A DNA stretch of 64,000 nt from Longimicrobiales bacterium (GTDB taxonomy: Bacteria > Gemmatimonadota > Gemmatimonadetes > Longimicrobiales > Gaopeijiaceae): NCBI GenBank assembly GCA_965218295.1, contig CBDCKN010000009.1:515091-579090 (forward strand). The letters are read 5' to 3'. The notes beneath the pieces were generated by a model. It was not told the DNA's origin, ran no database searches, and was given only the letters and a program-made list of their open reading frames with translations. Both the position numbers and the translations under genes were made by a program. Numbering within the stretch: position 1 is the first letter of the stretch; every line of letters starts with the position of its first letter. Positions 1 to 11,850 of the stretch are shown one piece after another.

Positions 1-846
1 CAGGCCGCGCTCGACCAGATCCTCTAGGAGCGCCCCGGTCACCTCGGCGTTCTCACTCGCTCCTTCCCTCACGCCCAGCACGTGCTTCTTTCCGTCTGAG
101 TCCACGCCTACCGCAGCAAGCACGTGGTGCGAGCCCATCTGGATCCCGTCCAGGTAGATCACCAGGAGGTCCCACGCATCCAGCCGGCGCTCCATCAGCT
201 CCTTCAGCACGCGCTCCGAGGCCTCGACCGTCTCACGGCTCACCGCCGACTTGCTCACCCCGACCGTGTCGGCCATCTCACCGATCACACGGCCGTACTT
301 CCGCGTGCTCACCCCCGCCATCAGGACCTCGAGCATCCGATCCGCCACGGCGCCCGGTCTCCGCATCGCTGCGTACGCCGGCACCTCGACCTCGCCACCC
401 TCCCCGGCGCCCCGGCGCCTGAGCCGTGGCCGCTCCACACGCACCTTCCGGTCCGACAGGTAAACCACACCACCCTGCCGGCCATACCACACCGTGTCGT
501 CTTCCGCTCGTGACCGACCTGCCTGCTTCACGCCTGCCACACCCTCGGCGCTCATCTCCAGCACCGCTTCGATCGTCGCTCGTCCCATCACCTGGATGAC
601 TTCGTCGATCGCGACCTCCGTCTGCTCCACGAGCTCAAGCATCGGAAGCAGAAACTGCCCCTCCCGCTTCAGGAACTCCCTGATCGCGCGCTTGTCCGCC
701 CGATCCCTTACCTCGTACGTTCTCTTCATCGTGGTGGCTCCGTGTTGGGGTTTTTGCCTACCCGAGCCTATCGGCCCGGGACCCCCGGAGCCACCACTTT
801 TCTTTCTCCCCTATCAGGAACCTTCAACTACGGTTGGGACAGCTTC
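1..846 (-). mobile_element. IS256-family element, copy 1 (partial: left end and 5' part of transposase; runs off window start)
   Basis: Reverse complement matches 11851-12696 of copy 2. The left end GAAGCTGTCCCAACCGTAGTTGAAGGT starts at 846. Transposase ATG is at 729. Confidence 0.95.
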
Positions 847-2069
847 TCTTCGTCCGGGGGAAGGGTGCCTACATCTGGGACAGTGAGGGCAAGAAATACA
901 CTGACTATCATGCGGCGTTTGCCCCCATACTCCTTGGGCATAATGACGACGATGTAACCCAGGCTCTCATCGACGGACTCAGGCAAGAGGCATCCTTGTT
1001 CGGATCTGGCGGATCGCCATGGGAGGAGGAGTTCGGGCGCCTTATCGTCGAGAGTATTCCCAGTGCCGAGAAGGCGCTGGTAGTGAATACGGGAAGTGAG
1101 GCCACCTACCTTGCCCTTCGAGTGGCTCGGGCAGCAACGGGTCGAGATAAGATCATCGTCGTCCAAGGAGGCTACAACGGATGGCACAATGACGTTGCGT
1201 TTAATCTCATGGACCCTTGGGAAAGAGTCGCATCATATCGGAAAGGGCATCCGATGGAATTGCTGCCGTTCACCTCGGGAATGCCCTCGAATCAAATGCA
1301 GAACACCGTGGCAGTCCAGTTCAACGATCTCGAGGCGGTTGAGAACCTGATGAAAACCGGAGAGATCGCCGGGATCATCCTCGAGCCGGTGCTCCAGAAT
1401 ATCGGTGTCGTCAAACCGGAAGATGGCTACCTACCAGGTTTGCGAGCTCTTTCCGATCGCTACGGATGTGTGTTGATCTTTGACGAGGTGAAGACGGGGT
1501 TCCGCCACGGGATAGGAGGATATCAATCGATCTGTGGTGTGATGCCGGACCTCACCACTCTCGCAAAAGCTGTCGCTAACGGTTTTCCACTGGGCATCGT
1601 CGCGGGCCCGGACAAGTACATGCAGTATTTTCTCCACGAGGATCCGTCGAAGTTCGTGCTGGTTGCTGGCACATACAACGGTCATTTCGTGGGAACTCTC
1701 GCGGGTATAGCGGTCCTGAAAAAACTCAGGAGCCGAGAGAAGGAGATATACGGACACCTGGAAAAGCTCGGTGCGAAGATGGAGGAGGGGCTTGCCTCGG
1801 TTTGGACGGCCAAGGGCATTCCGTTCCATACTGCGCGCCTGGGCTCAGCCTATTCGACTTATTTCATGGATCATGAACCCAAGAATTGGAACGATATTGC
1901 CCGGAATCATGATATGGCTCTGGACGTCGCTTTTCGACAGAGGTTGGTACAATCGGGAGTGTATTATTGCCCAATGCCGACCAAACAATGCAGCATTTCC
2001 TTTGCACACACCGAAGAGGACATTGATGATTCCCTGGAGATCATCGAAAGCGTCGTCAGACAGCTATAG
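847..2069 (+). pseudogene. Class III PLP aminotransferase (glutamate-1-semialdehyde aminomutase-like), 5'-truncated by IS256
   Basis: Motifs RGKGAYIWD, NTGSEAT, GGYNGWHN, LIFDEVKTGFR, LAKAVANGFP, GTYNG. The ORF's first codons (TTG GGA CAG CTT) lie inside the IS end, so the native N-terminus is missing here. Confidence 0.85.
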
Positions 2070-2160
2070 TCTCTCTGGAAAGGGAACGGATCTGATTTCA
2101 GAAGAGGTGCTTCGGAATCCAAGAGGAAAAACAAACGTCAGCAAGACGCGGAGGAACTTC

Positions 2161-4159
2161 ATGCGAGTGATTACAGCCACGACGGTCTTTTGTTTGATCG
2201 TAGCAACTGGGATGGCGGAAGCTCAGCTGGTGTGCTTACGCGTTGAACGCCGAGAAATCGTAGCGAACGGCAAGGCGTTCGGTTTGGCTGGACCCTACGA
2301 AAAGCTCGTCGGCATGGCTGATTTCACCCTCGATCCTGATCAACCACAGAATCAAATCGTCGTCGATCTACCCCTCGCGCAAAGAAACGTTGATGGCGAC
2401 GTCGAGTACAGCGCGGAGTTCTATCTCCTGAAACCTGTCGATCCAACTCGTGGCAACGGCAGGCTTCTTTACGAAGTAGGTAACCGGGGCAATAAGTGGA
2501 TTCTCGCGACATTTCAGGAGGCGCTGCGTTCGTCAGATCCGATGACCGCCGAAGAGTTTGGCGACGGCTCACTGATGTGTAAAGGCTTCTCGTTACTCTG
2601 GATGGGCTGGCAGTGGGACGTACCTGAGGGACGGATGCGCATGACAATCCCGATCGCGACCGATGGTGGCGAGCCAATTACGGGTTTGGTGCGTGGCAAC
2701 TTCGTCGTCGGTGCTCGTGACCGGACGGCACTAGTCGCTGACCGTGGTCATGAAGCCTACTCCTTCGTCGATCCCGAGAATGACGAGCACGCGATGACCG
2801 TGCGAGACCTCACGACCGATCGGCTTGAGATCGTGCCGCGTGCCAGCTGGCGATTTACCGAACCCTGGCGTTGTGGAACTCGATGGCGGATTTGAACCAG
2901 GTCGAATCTACGACGTGGTCTATCTCAGCCAAAATCCACGCGTGGTCGGCCTTGGGCTCGCAGGCACACGCGATATCGTAAGTTTCTTCAAGTACGACAC
3001 GAGCGATGCAAATCCATTACCCGGCATCAAATACGCGATCGGCTGGGGTGTGTCGCAGAGCGGACGCTTCCTGCGACACTTCCTATATCAAGGCTTCAAT
3101 GAAGACGAGCACGGGCGCCAAGTCTTTGACGGAGTCTTCAATCAGGTCGGTGGTGCGGGCCGAGGCTCCTTTAACCATCGATTTGGGCAAGCCTCACGCG
3201 ATGCAGAACAGCACCTGAATTTCCTTTTCCCAGTCGACATGTTTCCGTTTACTGACGTGACGACCACTGACCCAGTAACAGGCGACACCGACGGTCTGCT
3301 GCGCCGGACCGAAGCAACGGGTACCACGCCCAAGGTGTTTCACGTGTTATCAAACTCGGAATACTTCAACCGCGCCGGATCGCTCACTCACACCGACGTG
3401 ACGGGCTCACGAGATATCGATCCACCGGCAGCGAGTCGAATCTACTTCCTTTCGTCGGCACCCCACACCCTCGGGCGCTTTCCACCTCAACCCAACCGGG
3501 AGGAGGCGTTTCTCGGACAAGCACCCATGAATATCTTGGCCTACTCGTCAGTGATACGCGCTCTGTTCCAAGCACTCGACGCCTGGGTCGCCGAAGGACA
3601 CGAGCCGCCACCAAGCCTTTATCCGCGCATCGACAATGGGACACTCGTGTCGCCTACTGACGCGGGCTGGCCGAATATACCTGGCGTCAGTCTGCCAAAA
3701 GATCCGCAGACGGCACTACGTCTCGATTTCGGTCCCGATTGGAACCGAGGCATCGTGACATATGAGCCACCAAAAATTGGTGCCCCCTTCATCCAACTTG
3801 TGCCGGCCGTCGATACTGACGGGAACGACCGTGCCGGTATCCGGATGCCCGAACTGGTAGTACCGCTGGCAACGCACACTGGATGGAATTACCGACACGA
3901 GAGTATCGGCGCTCCGGATCGTTTGTCGGGCGAAATTGGCTCTTACTTCGCCTTTGCGCGAACACGTGCACAACGCGAGGAGTCTGGTGATCCCCGACTA
4001 TCCATCGAAGAGCGTTACCGAGACAAAAACGACTACCTTGGACGAATTACCCAAGCCGCGCTCAATCTGGTGAACAGAGGTTATCTCCTGACCGCCGACC
4101 TTCCGGACATCATCAATCGGGCCGGTCTGCATTATGATTGGGCAGTAGGGGAACACTAG
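2161..4159 (+). pseudogene. Secreted alpha/beta-hydrolase domain protein (Abhydrolase_10-like), frameshift near 2865
   Basis: Signal peptide, then GRLLYEVGNRG and WMGWQWD (ORF 1771..2895). Continues in another frame with GWGVSQSGRFLRHFLYQGFN and GDPRLSIEERY (ORF 2825..4159). Confidence 0.75.
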
Positions 4160-4180
4160 CGGTTCAATGAGAGATTCTGA

Positions 4181-4223
4181 TTTCGATGCCTACCGAACAC
4201 GCCATCATCGGTAGGCATCGAAA
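4181..4223. terminator. Perfect 16-bp hairpin (TTTCGATGCCTACCGA / TCGGTAGGCATCGAAA, 11-nt loop)
   Basis: Arms at 4181-4196 and 4208-4223, about 20 nt after the hydrolase stop. Could be a terminator or a REP/IS remnant. Confidence 0.5.
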
Positions 4224-4275
4224 GGCCGTCCTCGATCGCGCATGACCCTGTCAAGAACCTCGCGAGCCGCCTCGG

Positions 4276-4674
4276 ATGGCGGTGACGGCGCCGGCGCTGA
4301 CGCGTGAGTCGATCTTCGACGCACTCTACACACGAAGGACGTATGGGACGACGGGCGCTCGCATCCTCCTCGATTTCCGCGCCAACGGCGAGCCGATGGG
4401 CGGTGAGACAATTACGGACGGTGCACCTCGACTGCGCGTCACCGCCCACGGGACAGACGTCATTGAGTCGGTGGAAATCTTGCGATACTCGCAATCGGAC
4501 GGCGGTTTCAGGGTTATCTACGGTTTGCATCCCGATGCACTCGACTACGAGTGGTCGGGAACCGATGATGGTTTCCGTGACGACTCGGTCTACTACCTTC
4601 GGCAGCGTGGCAGCATTAGGGGTCGCGCCGTCATGGCGTGGTCAAGTCCGATCTGGGTCCGGAAGTCGCCGTGA
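4276..4674 (+). pseudogene. C-terminal fragment of a DUF3604/PHP-like protein
   Basis: LTRESIFDALYTRRTYGTTG ... MAWSSPIW are typical C-terminal motifs of this family. No N-terminal part is present. Confidence 0.65.
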
Positions 4675-4679
4675 GCTAT

Positions 4680-4971
4680 CGAGATCGCAAAGACCTGCGC
4701 CCCCCGCCAGGTGGATGTGCATGTCCGTGAGACTCGGGATCACGTACTTGCCGCGACCGTTTATCGTCATCGCACCGTCCGCGCTGAGTGGAGTGCAGGA
4801 TACCCGTGCGATACGCTCGTTCTCGACCAGTACGAACGCATCCGGCATTAGAGCGCCGCCCGTCCCGTCGATGACGGTTACGTGCTCCAGCAGTCGCGAC
4901 TGGGCGGAGGCGGGCGCCCGGAGTATTGCCAGCCCGGCCATCCCGCAAACGACGATGTGGCGCGACTTCAC
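4680..4971 (-). pseudogene. N-terminal fragment of a secreted amidohydrolase
   Basis: GTG overlaps the MFS stop (GTGA). Signal peptide, then VTVIDGTG...INGRGKYVIPSLTDMHIHL (HxH motif), then truncated. Confidence 0.7.
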
Positions 4972-6260
4972 TTGGAGGCCGCCGGGTCGAGCCGTGCCGG
5001 CTCCATGCGGGGAACCAGCAGGTGGATGATGACCATCGCCGCCATGTATGTGAGTCCGAGGACGACGAAGATCGGGGCGTAGTTGCCGTGGGTGGCGTCC
5101 AGGAGGTCGCCCGTGAACCGCTGGAACAGGAAGGCGGCGAACATGCCCGCAAAGCCACCGATGCCGACCACCGACGCAACCGCCCGCCGGGGGAACATGT
5201 CGCTCACCGTGGTGAAGAGGTTGGCGGACCATCCCTGGTGCGCCGACGCCGCGACACTCACGATGGCGACGGCAGCCCACATGCTGTTGACGGCCGGTGC
5301 GGCCATGGTCGGCACGATCAGCAGGGCCGAGATCAACATGGCTGTTTTCCGGCCGCGGTTGACGCTCCAGCCTCGCTTGATGAGCGCGCTCGACATCCAC
5401 CCGCCCCCAACCGAACCCACGTCGGCCGCCACGTAGATCACGATCAGCGGCAGCGCGAGGCCGGACAGCTGCACATTCCAGTTCTCGTCGAGGAATTTGG
5501 GAAGCCAGAACAGATAGAACAGCCACACCGGATCCGTCATCGCTTTGCCGACGATGAAAGCCCAGGTGGGGCGGTGAACCAGCAGGCGGCGCCAGGGGAC
5601 CTTGACCGGCGGGTCGGCCGGGTCGCTGCGGATATACGCCAGCTCGGCTGGCGAGACCCTGGGATGCGCGGCTGGGTCCCGATACACGGCGCGCCAGACG
5701 GGGATCCAGAGAAGGCCGAGCAGGCCGGTGAGGATGAACGCCCAACGCCACCCCAGCGTGAGTGTGATCCACGGGACCAGCAGCGCGGCCACCACCACCC
5801 CCACGTTGGTCCCGGCATTGAAGATACCGGTCGCAAGGGCCCGCTCTTTCTTCGGAAACCATTCCGCTACGGCCTTCACCGCGCCGGGGAAGTTCGCCGA
5901 CTCGCCGACGCCGAGAAGCGCGCGCGCCACTGAGAATCCCGCAACCGTGCGAAAGAGGGCGTGCGCCATCGCCATCACGCTCCAGGACGAGACGGCAAGG
6001 GTGAAGCCGCGCCGCACACCGATGCGGTCCATGACACGGCCCATGACCAGGAGCCCGAAGCCGTACCCGATACTGAACCACGAGACGATGGCCCCGTAAT
6101 CGGACTCGCTCCACTGCAGCTCGCGCGTGAGCGTGGGGGCGAGGATGCCGAGGACCTGGCGGTCGACGTAATTGACCGTGGTCGCGCCGAACAGCAGCAC
6201 GACGATCGTCCACCGATAACCGAACCCCGGCCGGGCTATGCCGGCGCCCCCGCGATCCAC
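4968..6260 (-). CDS. exuT: MFS hexuronate transporter (ExuT-like); start uncertain
   Basis: RWTIVVLLFGATTVNYVDRQ, ESANFPGAVK, DPVWLFYLFWLPKFL, AHQGWSANLFT. Located near uxuAB/kdgK/eda. Confidence 0.8.
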   Translation of the reverse strand: MDRGGAGIARPGFGYRWTIVVLLFGATTVNYVDRQVLGILAPTLTRELQWSESDYGAIVSWFSIGYGFGLLVMGRVMDRIGVRRGFTLAVSSWSVMAMAHALFRTVAGFSVARALLGVGESANFPGAVKAVAEWFPKKERALATGIFNAGTNVGVVVAALLVPWITLTLGWRWAFILTGLLGLLWIPVWRAVYRDPAAHPRVSPAELAYIRSDPADPPVKVPWRRLLVHRPTWAFIVGKAMTDPVWLFYLFWLPKFLDENWNVQLSGLALPLIVIYVAADVGSVGGGWMSSALIKRGWSVNRGRKTAMLISALLIVPTMAAPAVNSMWAAVAIVSVAASAHQGWSANLFTTVSDMFPRRAVASVVGIGGFAGMFAAFLFQRFTGDLLDATHGNYAPIFVVLGLTYMAAMVIIHLLVPRMEPARLDPAASK

Positions 6261-7384
6261 GTCGCTTGCTGCTGCGCCTCCAGCGCCAATTCGGTCGCAA
6301 GGAAGCAATGTGCCTGCGTCATGGCCGTCTCCGTCCGGTTCAGGACGTCGTCCACGACCTGCGGCCCATAGGGCAGCTCGACCTCGCTACAGTCGATGTG
6401 ACGGATGTTGTTCCCGTCCACCAGGAACAGATGTTCCGGGCCCTCGCGTCCACCGATGTCGATGTTCTTCCGCACCTCGATGTAGCCGTCCGTCCCCTCC
6501 ACAATGATCCGCGTATCTCCCCAGACCCCCAATCCCGCCGGAGTGAACCAATCGAGCCGCACGTACCCCGTTCCTCCGTTACCACGCAGCACGAAATCGC
6601 CGAAATCCTGGAACCCGGGACGGTCCCGATGACGGTAGTTGGCGATCTGGGACGCGACGACCTCGCCTTGCGTGGAGCCGGTGAAGAAGAGGAATTGATC
6701 AACCTGGTGCGACCCGATGTCGCAGATGATGCCGCCGTACGCGTTGGGGTCCCAGAACCACTCGGGGCGCTCCGGCGGGTGAACGCGGTGCGGTCCCAGT
6801 CCGATGGTATGGATCACCTTTCCGATGGCGCCCGCCTCGACCAGATCTCCCGCCTTGACCGTCCCCGCACTCTCGAAGCGCTCGGAGTACATGATCGAAT
6901 AGATCCGTTGCGTCTCCGCCTGCAGGCGCCGCACCTCGGCGAGCTGTTCCGGTGTCGTGATGCCGGGTTTGTCGGCGATGTAGTCCTTACCGTGTTGCAT
7001 GACACGGACGCCGAGGGGAGCGCGTTCGTTCGGGATGATGGAGGAGAGTACCAGCTGGATCGAGTCATCTTCCAGGATCGCTCGTTCGTCCGCGACAACC
7101 CGGGCGTTCGGGTACCGCTCCACAAACGCGGCCCGGAGATCGGGCTCCCGGACGAAGACCGACACCAGCTCGCCGCCTCCGTGCGTCACGGCGTCGACCA
7201 TGAGGTAGATGTGAAAATGGTTCATGCCGATCACACCGAACCGCAACCGTGGCGCGGACCGACCGCGCCGTGCCGTGTGGACGGCCGCCACGAGCTGCTC
7301 GGGCACGGCCGCGGCAGCGGCCACTCCTGCAACGATTCCCGCCGACCTCTTCACGAGATCTCTGCGAGTGAGTTCCTGCATCAT
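6236..7384 (-). CDS. Gfo/Idh/MocA oxidoreductase with Tat signal
   Basis: TRRDLVK Tat motif, GVIGMNH, ADKPG, YGGIICDIGSHQ. G-rich RBS before the ATG. Confidence 0.9.
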   Translation of the reverse strand: MMQELTRRDLVKRSAGIVAGVAAAAAVPEQLVAAVHTARRGRSAPRLRFGVIGMNHFHIYLMVDAVTHGGGELVSVFVREPDLRAAFVERYPNARVVADERAILEDDSIQLVLSSIIPNERAPLGVRVMQHGKDYIADKPGITTPEQLAEVRRLQAETQRIYSIMYSERFESAGTVKAGDLVEAGAIGKVIHTIGLGPHRVHPPERPEWFWDPNAYGGIICDIGSHQVDQFLFFTGSTQGEVVASQIANYRHRDRPGFQDFGDFVLRGNGGTGYVRLDWFTPAGLGVWGDTRIIVEGTDGYIEVRKNIDIGGREGPEHLFLVDGNNIRHIDCSEVELPYGPQVVDDVLNRTETAMTQAHCFLATELALEAQQQATWIAGAPA

Positions 7385-7453
7385 CCCCCCTTCCAACATT
7401 CCTGACTCGATTCCCACGAAGCTGCCCGCCCGATTCCCGCCATTCTCTAACGG

Positions 7454-7501
<48 letters not shown>

Positions 7502-7697
7502 CGGCTCTCGGAGGGCGGGGGCGCCTTCGAGACGTGTCCCGCACGTGGGGGCTGCGCGTCACGTGCGATGATAGGCCCGACGCTCAGTGACGTCCATAGG
7601 CACAGCAACGCCACTCGGGTTCTTGCCCGCAGGCGGGAAGTCGTGTTTGATTTGCACGACCCTCTGACAACCGACGACTCCGACAGGTGCGGGTAAG

Positions 7698-9698
7698 ATG
7701 ACGGGGAAACGGTCCTGCTCCGCTTTTTCTTCGCTGGTGATTGCCACCGTAACACTCCCGGTGCAGCCGAGCCCGGCCGCGGCGCAGTCACAAGCTGTAG
7801 CCGAGTTTGCAGTGCATGCCGGCCGGCACAGCCGGGTCGACGTACCGGTCTCGGCGACGCTCACCGGCGTTCCGCTGCACTCGACTGCCGGTGTGCTGCA
7901 GCTCTACGAGATCACCGGCGGAGATGATATCCCGATCGCGTCGCAATTGGAACCCGGCGCCCCGGGGCGCCTGTTGTGGATCGTGGACGGCGAACTCGCA
8001 GCGGGTCAGGTTCGGAATTATGAGCTGCGCGCCGTCGCCGAGCTGCCGCCCCGAACGGATAGGCGGCAGAACGTGCAAGTGGATGACGACGGGGAGAGCC
8101 TCTGGATTCGCGTCGGCGACAGGCCGGTGCTGGCTTACCGATATGCAGTTCAGCCGGTCCCGTCGGACGTCGACACGATCTTCCGTCGCGGGGGTTTCCT
8201 CCATCCGCTCTTCTCGCCACAGGGAGAAGTGCTCACGCGCATTCAACCACCCGACCACTACCACCATTACGGTATCTGGAATCCCTGGACGCACACGGAG
8301 TTCGAAGGCCGGACGGTCGATTTTTGGAACCTTGCAAGCCGACAGGGCACGGTCCGACCGCAGCAACTGCTGGAGCGTAGATCCGGACCGCTGGCTGGCG
8401 GCTTTGAGGCTCTACTGAGCCACGTCGCTTTCACCCCTCCGTCCACGGAGACGGTTGCGCTCCAGGAGCAGTGGAAGGTGCGGGTCTGGAACGTCGATCC
8501 GTTGAGGCGGATCTGGCTGATCGATTTCGTCTCGAAGCTCAACCCGTTGGACAAACCGCTGAAGATTACGGCCTACCGCTACCAGGGCTTCAGCCTGCGG
8601 GCTACCGAGAAGTGGGGTGATTCGACTGTGACCCTGCTCACCTCCGAAGGATTCGACAAGAGCAATGCGAACAGCACCCGGGCGCGGTGGATCGACGTCA
8701 ACGGCGTGTCAGCGACGCAAGCCGGGACGTCCGGCATTCTGATAATGACGCATCCGGCGAACTACAACTACCCCGAGCACCTGCGCATCTGGCCGACGGG
8801 AATGAATCGAGGCCGGGCAAACGTCTACGTCAATTTCAATCCCGCGCAGGACCGCGACTGGCAGCTCGAGCCCGGCCGGGCGTACGCACTGCAGTACCGC
8901 ATGCTCGTGTACGACGGAAAAATCAATGAGCACGTCGCCAACCGGTACTGGCTGGATTTCGCGGAGCCCCCGGAGGTCGAGACCTTCCCGACCGGCGCGC
9001 TGGATGGTGCCAGGGTACTGGTCTACACGCGCAATGGTGTGGGCTTCGTCCACGACAACATCGCCGCCAGCGTTGCCGCCATCCAGAAGATGGGCACCGA
9101 GAACGGCTTCGCCGTGGATGTCTCGGACGATCCAACGGTCTTCACACCTGACAATTTGCGGCAGTACGATGCGCTGATCTTCGCCAACACGAACAACGAG
9201 GCCTTCACATCCGACGCGCAGCGTCTCGCCCTGCAGAGGTACATCCGCGGCGGCGGGGGGTTCGTTGGCATCCACTCGGCCAGCGGTTCGGAACGCAACT
9301 GGCCGTGGTACTTCAAGCTGCTGGGCGGAACGTTCGTCCGGCACGCCCCACGACAGGACTTTACGGTCGACATCGTCGATCGGTCACATCCATCGACGGC
9401 ATTCCTGCCTGACCGGTGGGACATAACGGACGACGAGTGCTACTATCTGACCAGGCTCAATTCGGGCATCCGTGTCCTCCTGGCAGCCGATCTGACGACA
9501 GTCGCCGATTCGGGACGCGCGGAGTTTCCGGGAACGAGATTCGGCGATGCAAATCCCCTCGCCTGGCATCAGGAGTTTGACGGAGGCCGTGAGTGGTACA
9601 CCGCTCTCGGACACCGAGCCGACGAATACCAGGATCCGAGGTTCGTGCGACACATCCTTGGCGGGATTCGCTGGGTAGTCACAGGAGGGTCGCGCTAG
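7698..9698 (+). CDS. Secreted DUF6807 ('PmoA family') + ThuA-like domain fusion protein
   Basis: Signal peptide; FLHPL..P.G.VLT...PPDHYHHYGIW. C-terminal ThuA motifs GFVHDNI, GGGFVGIHSA, WYTALGH. Confidence 0.8.
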   Translation: MTGKRSCSAFSSLVIATVTLPVQPSPAAAQSQAVAEFAVHAGRHSRVDVPVSATLTGVPLHSTAGVLQLYEITGGDDIPIASQLEPGAPGRLLWIVDGELAAGQVRNYELRAVAELPPRTDRRQNVQVDDDGESLWIRVGDRPVLAYRYAVQPVPSDVDTIFRRGGFLHPLFSPQGEVLTRIQPPDHYHHYGIWNPWTHTEFEGRTVDFWNLASRQGTVRPQQLLERRSGPLAGGFEALLSHVAFTPPSTETVALQEQWKVRVWNVDPLRRIWLIDFVSKLNPLDKPLKITAYRYQGFSLRATEKWGDSTVTLLTSEGFDKSNANSTRARWIDVNGVSATQAGTSGILIMTHPANYNYPEHLRIWPTGMNRGRANVYVNFNPAQDRDWQLEPGRAYALQYRMLVYDGKINEHVANRYWLDFAEPPEVETFPTGALDGARVLVYTRNGVGFVHDNIAASVAAIQKMGTENGFAVDVSDDPTVFTPDNLRQYDALIFANTNNEAFTSDAQRLALQRYIRGGGGFVGIHSASGSERNWPWYFKLLGGTFVRHAPRQDFTVDIVDRSHPSTAFLPDRWDITDDECYYLTRLNSGIRVLLAADLTTVADSGRAEFPGTRFGDANPLAWHQEFDGGREWYTALGHRADEYQDPRFVRHILGGIRWVVTGGSR

Positions 9699-9752
9699 GT
9701 TCCGGAAGCCAGCCGTCGGAGTGGCACGTACCATCCTCATGAGGCAGGTACG

Positions 9753-11210
9753 ATGAAGAAAAAACAATCGCCCGCCACGGGCACGGACATGTCGAGACGG
9801 AGCTACTTGAAGGCATCGGTCATTGGAACCGCCGGGGCGTTCTTCCCTTCGACGATACTGTCCGCCCGGGTGCTTGGACGCGGAAGCGTGGCGCCGAGCG
9901 ACACGATCAACATCGGGCAGATCGGGTGCGGCCGGATCGCCCGGGATCACGACATGCCGCTGACCATGCAGAACGCCGGCGTGCGCATGATCGCCGTGTG
10001 TGATCTCGACACCTTGCGTGCGGCCGAGGGGAAGCAGTTGGTCGGAGAGTTCCACGCCAGGGCGAACACCAGCGCCCCGGACGTTCGGGTGTACCACGAT
10101 TATCGCGACCTCGTCGCCCAACCGGACATCGACGCGGTGGTGATCAGCACGCCGGATCATCACCACTTCCTGCCGGCTCTGGAGGCGGCGCTGGCCGGCA
10201 AGGACATCTACCTGCAGAAGCCGTTCTCCTTGACAGTGCAGGAAGGCAGGATCCTCAGCGACGTGCTGCACCGTCTCGGAATTGTGTTCCAGGTCGGTAG
10301 CCAGCAGCGCTCGTCGGAGCCGTGGCCGCACTTCAAGAAGGCGTGCGAGTTGGTGCGCAACGGCCGGATCGGTGAACTCCGTACCGTGCGTGTCGGCCTC
10401 CCGGGCGATCCTCCAGGCGGCGATCCGACACCGACGCTCGTGCCCGTGAATCTCAACTACGACATGTGGTTGGGCACGACTCCCGAGGTGCCTTACACGC
10501 TCGACCGCGTGCATCCGCAGGAGCGAATTCCACCCGGGCGGGAGTACTCACGCCCCGGCTGGCTGCGGTGCGAACAGTTCTCGGCCGGGATGATCACCGG
10601 CTGGGGAGCGCATCACGTCGACACCGCCCACTGGGGAATGGGAACGGAATTCACCGGGCCCATCGACATCGAGGCAACCGCCGAGTTCGCCGCTGACGGG
10701 CTGTGGGACGTGCACGGAGACTTCCACGTAGAAGCGAAGTACACCAATGGCGTAACCATGTTGATCTCAGGCGAATTCCCGAACGGCGTGCGGTTCGAGG
10801 GTACCAACGGATGGATCTTCGTTACGCGGAGCGGGGCGCCGGTCACGAGCAGTGATCCGACCTCCGGGCAGCGCGGCTCACCGCTCCAGGCCAGTGATCC
10901 GAAGATCCTGGAGTCGGAGATCGGCCCGGACGAGCTGCATCTCTACGAGAGCCCAGAACAGCACGAGAACTGGATCGACTGCATCCGGAGCCGGCGGACG
11001 ACCGTCGCTCCGGTCGAAGTTGCGCACCGCTCCACCAGCGCGTGTCTCATCTCCCACATCGCGATGAAGCTCCAGCGCCCGTTGCACTGGGATCCGATCA
11101 ACGAGCGGTTCCACAACGACGACGAGGCCAACTCCCTGTTGTCGAGGCCCCAGCGGTTCCCCTACAGCCTGGAGGGGGTGAAGGGGGGGGCACTGCGCCG
11201 CTCCCGGTGA
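9753..11210 (+). CDS. Gfo/Idh/MocA oxidoreductase with Tat signal
   Basis: SRRSYLK Tat motif, IGCGRI, ISTPDHHH, YLQKP, QVGSQQRS, GWGAHHVD. Confidence 0.9.
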   Translation: MKKKQSPATGTDMSRRSYLKASVIGTAGAFFPSTILSARVLGRGSVAPSDTINIGQIGCGRIARDHDMPLTMQNAGVRMIAVCDLDTLRAAEGKQLVGEFHARANTSAPDVRVYHDYRDLVAQPDIDAVVISTPDHHHFLPALEAALAGKDIYLQKPFSLTVQEGRILSDVLHRLGIVFQVGSQQRSSEPWPHFKKACELVRNGRIGELRTVRVGLPGDPPGGDPTPTLVPVNLNYDMWLGTTPEVPYTLDRVHPQERIPPGREYSRPGWLRCEQFSAGMITGWGAHHVDTAHWGMGTEFTGPIDIEATAEFAADGLWDVHGDFHVEAKYTNGVTMLISGEFPNGVRFEGTNGWIFVTRSGAPVTSSDPTSGQRGSPLQASDPKILESEIGPDELHLYESPEQHENWIDCIRSRRTTVAPVEVAHRSTSACLISHIAMKLQRPLHWDPINERFHNDDEANSLLSRPQRFPYSLEGVKGGALRRSR

Positions 11211-11850
11211 GCGCCCGAGCAACGCCGAGTTCCGCCCTACCGCACCACTCTCCCGGAGGCTGACCCGGCCATGAGCGATTCCACTTCGCCCCTGGTGGAG
11301 TAGTTGATATCGCCGACGATGGAATGCGCCAGGCAGGACGCGGTGGTCGCGAACCGGACGGCGGTCTGCGGCGAGTTCGGCTCGCCGCTGGTCAGTGCGA
11401 AGATCAGGGCGGCCGCGAACGCGTCGCCACTACCCACACGATCGACGATGCTGCGAATCTCGTAGGGTTGGTACGTCTCACCCTTGGTCGGCGCGAACCA
11501 GGCCCGGTCCTCGTCCGCACAGTAGAGCATCGCGCCCCAATTGTTGTGCGATGCCGTAACGCTCCCGCGCAGAGTGATGCCGACCTTCGCGACATTGGTG
11601 AACTGGGCGACGAGCCGACGAGCCACGTCCGGGTAACTCGCGAACCGCAGATCGCCGGCCGCCACGTCCGTTTCCGCCGGCTGGATTCCCAACACCGCCG
11701 CGCAATCCTCCTCGTTGGCAATCACGACATCCACGTGCTGCAACAACTGCCGCATCGTCTGTTCAGCGAGTTCCTTGGGCAGACTGGAAGCGTCCCAGCG
11801 CCAGAGCTTGTTGCGGAAGTTGAGATCGCACGACACGGTGAGACCGGCCG

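Noticed and set aside
7698..9000. 'PmoA' as particulate methane monooxygenase
   Set aside because: A soluble secreted beta-rich domain in a sugar locus, with no multi-TM profile and no pmoB or pmoC. The label is only a family name.
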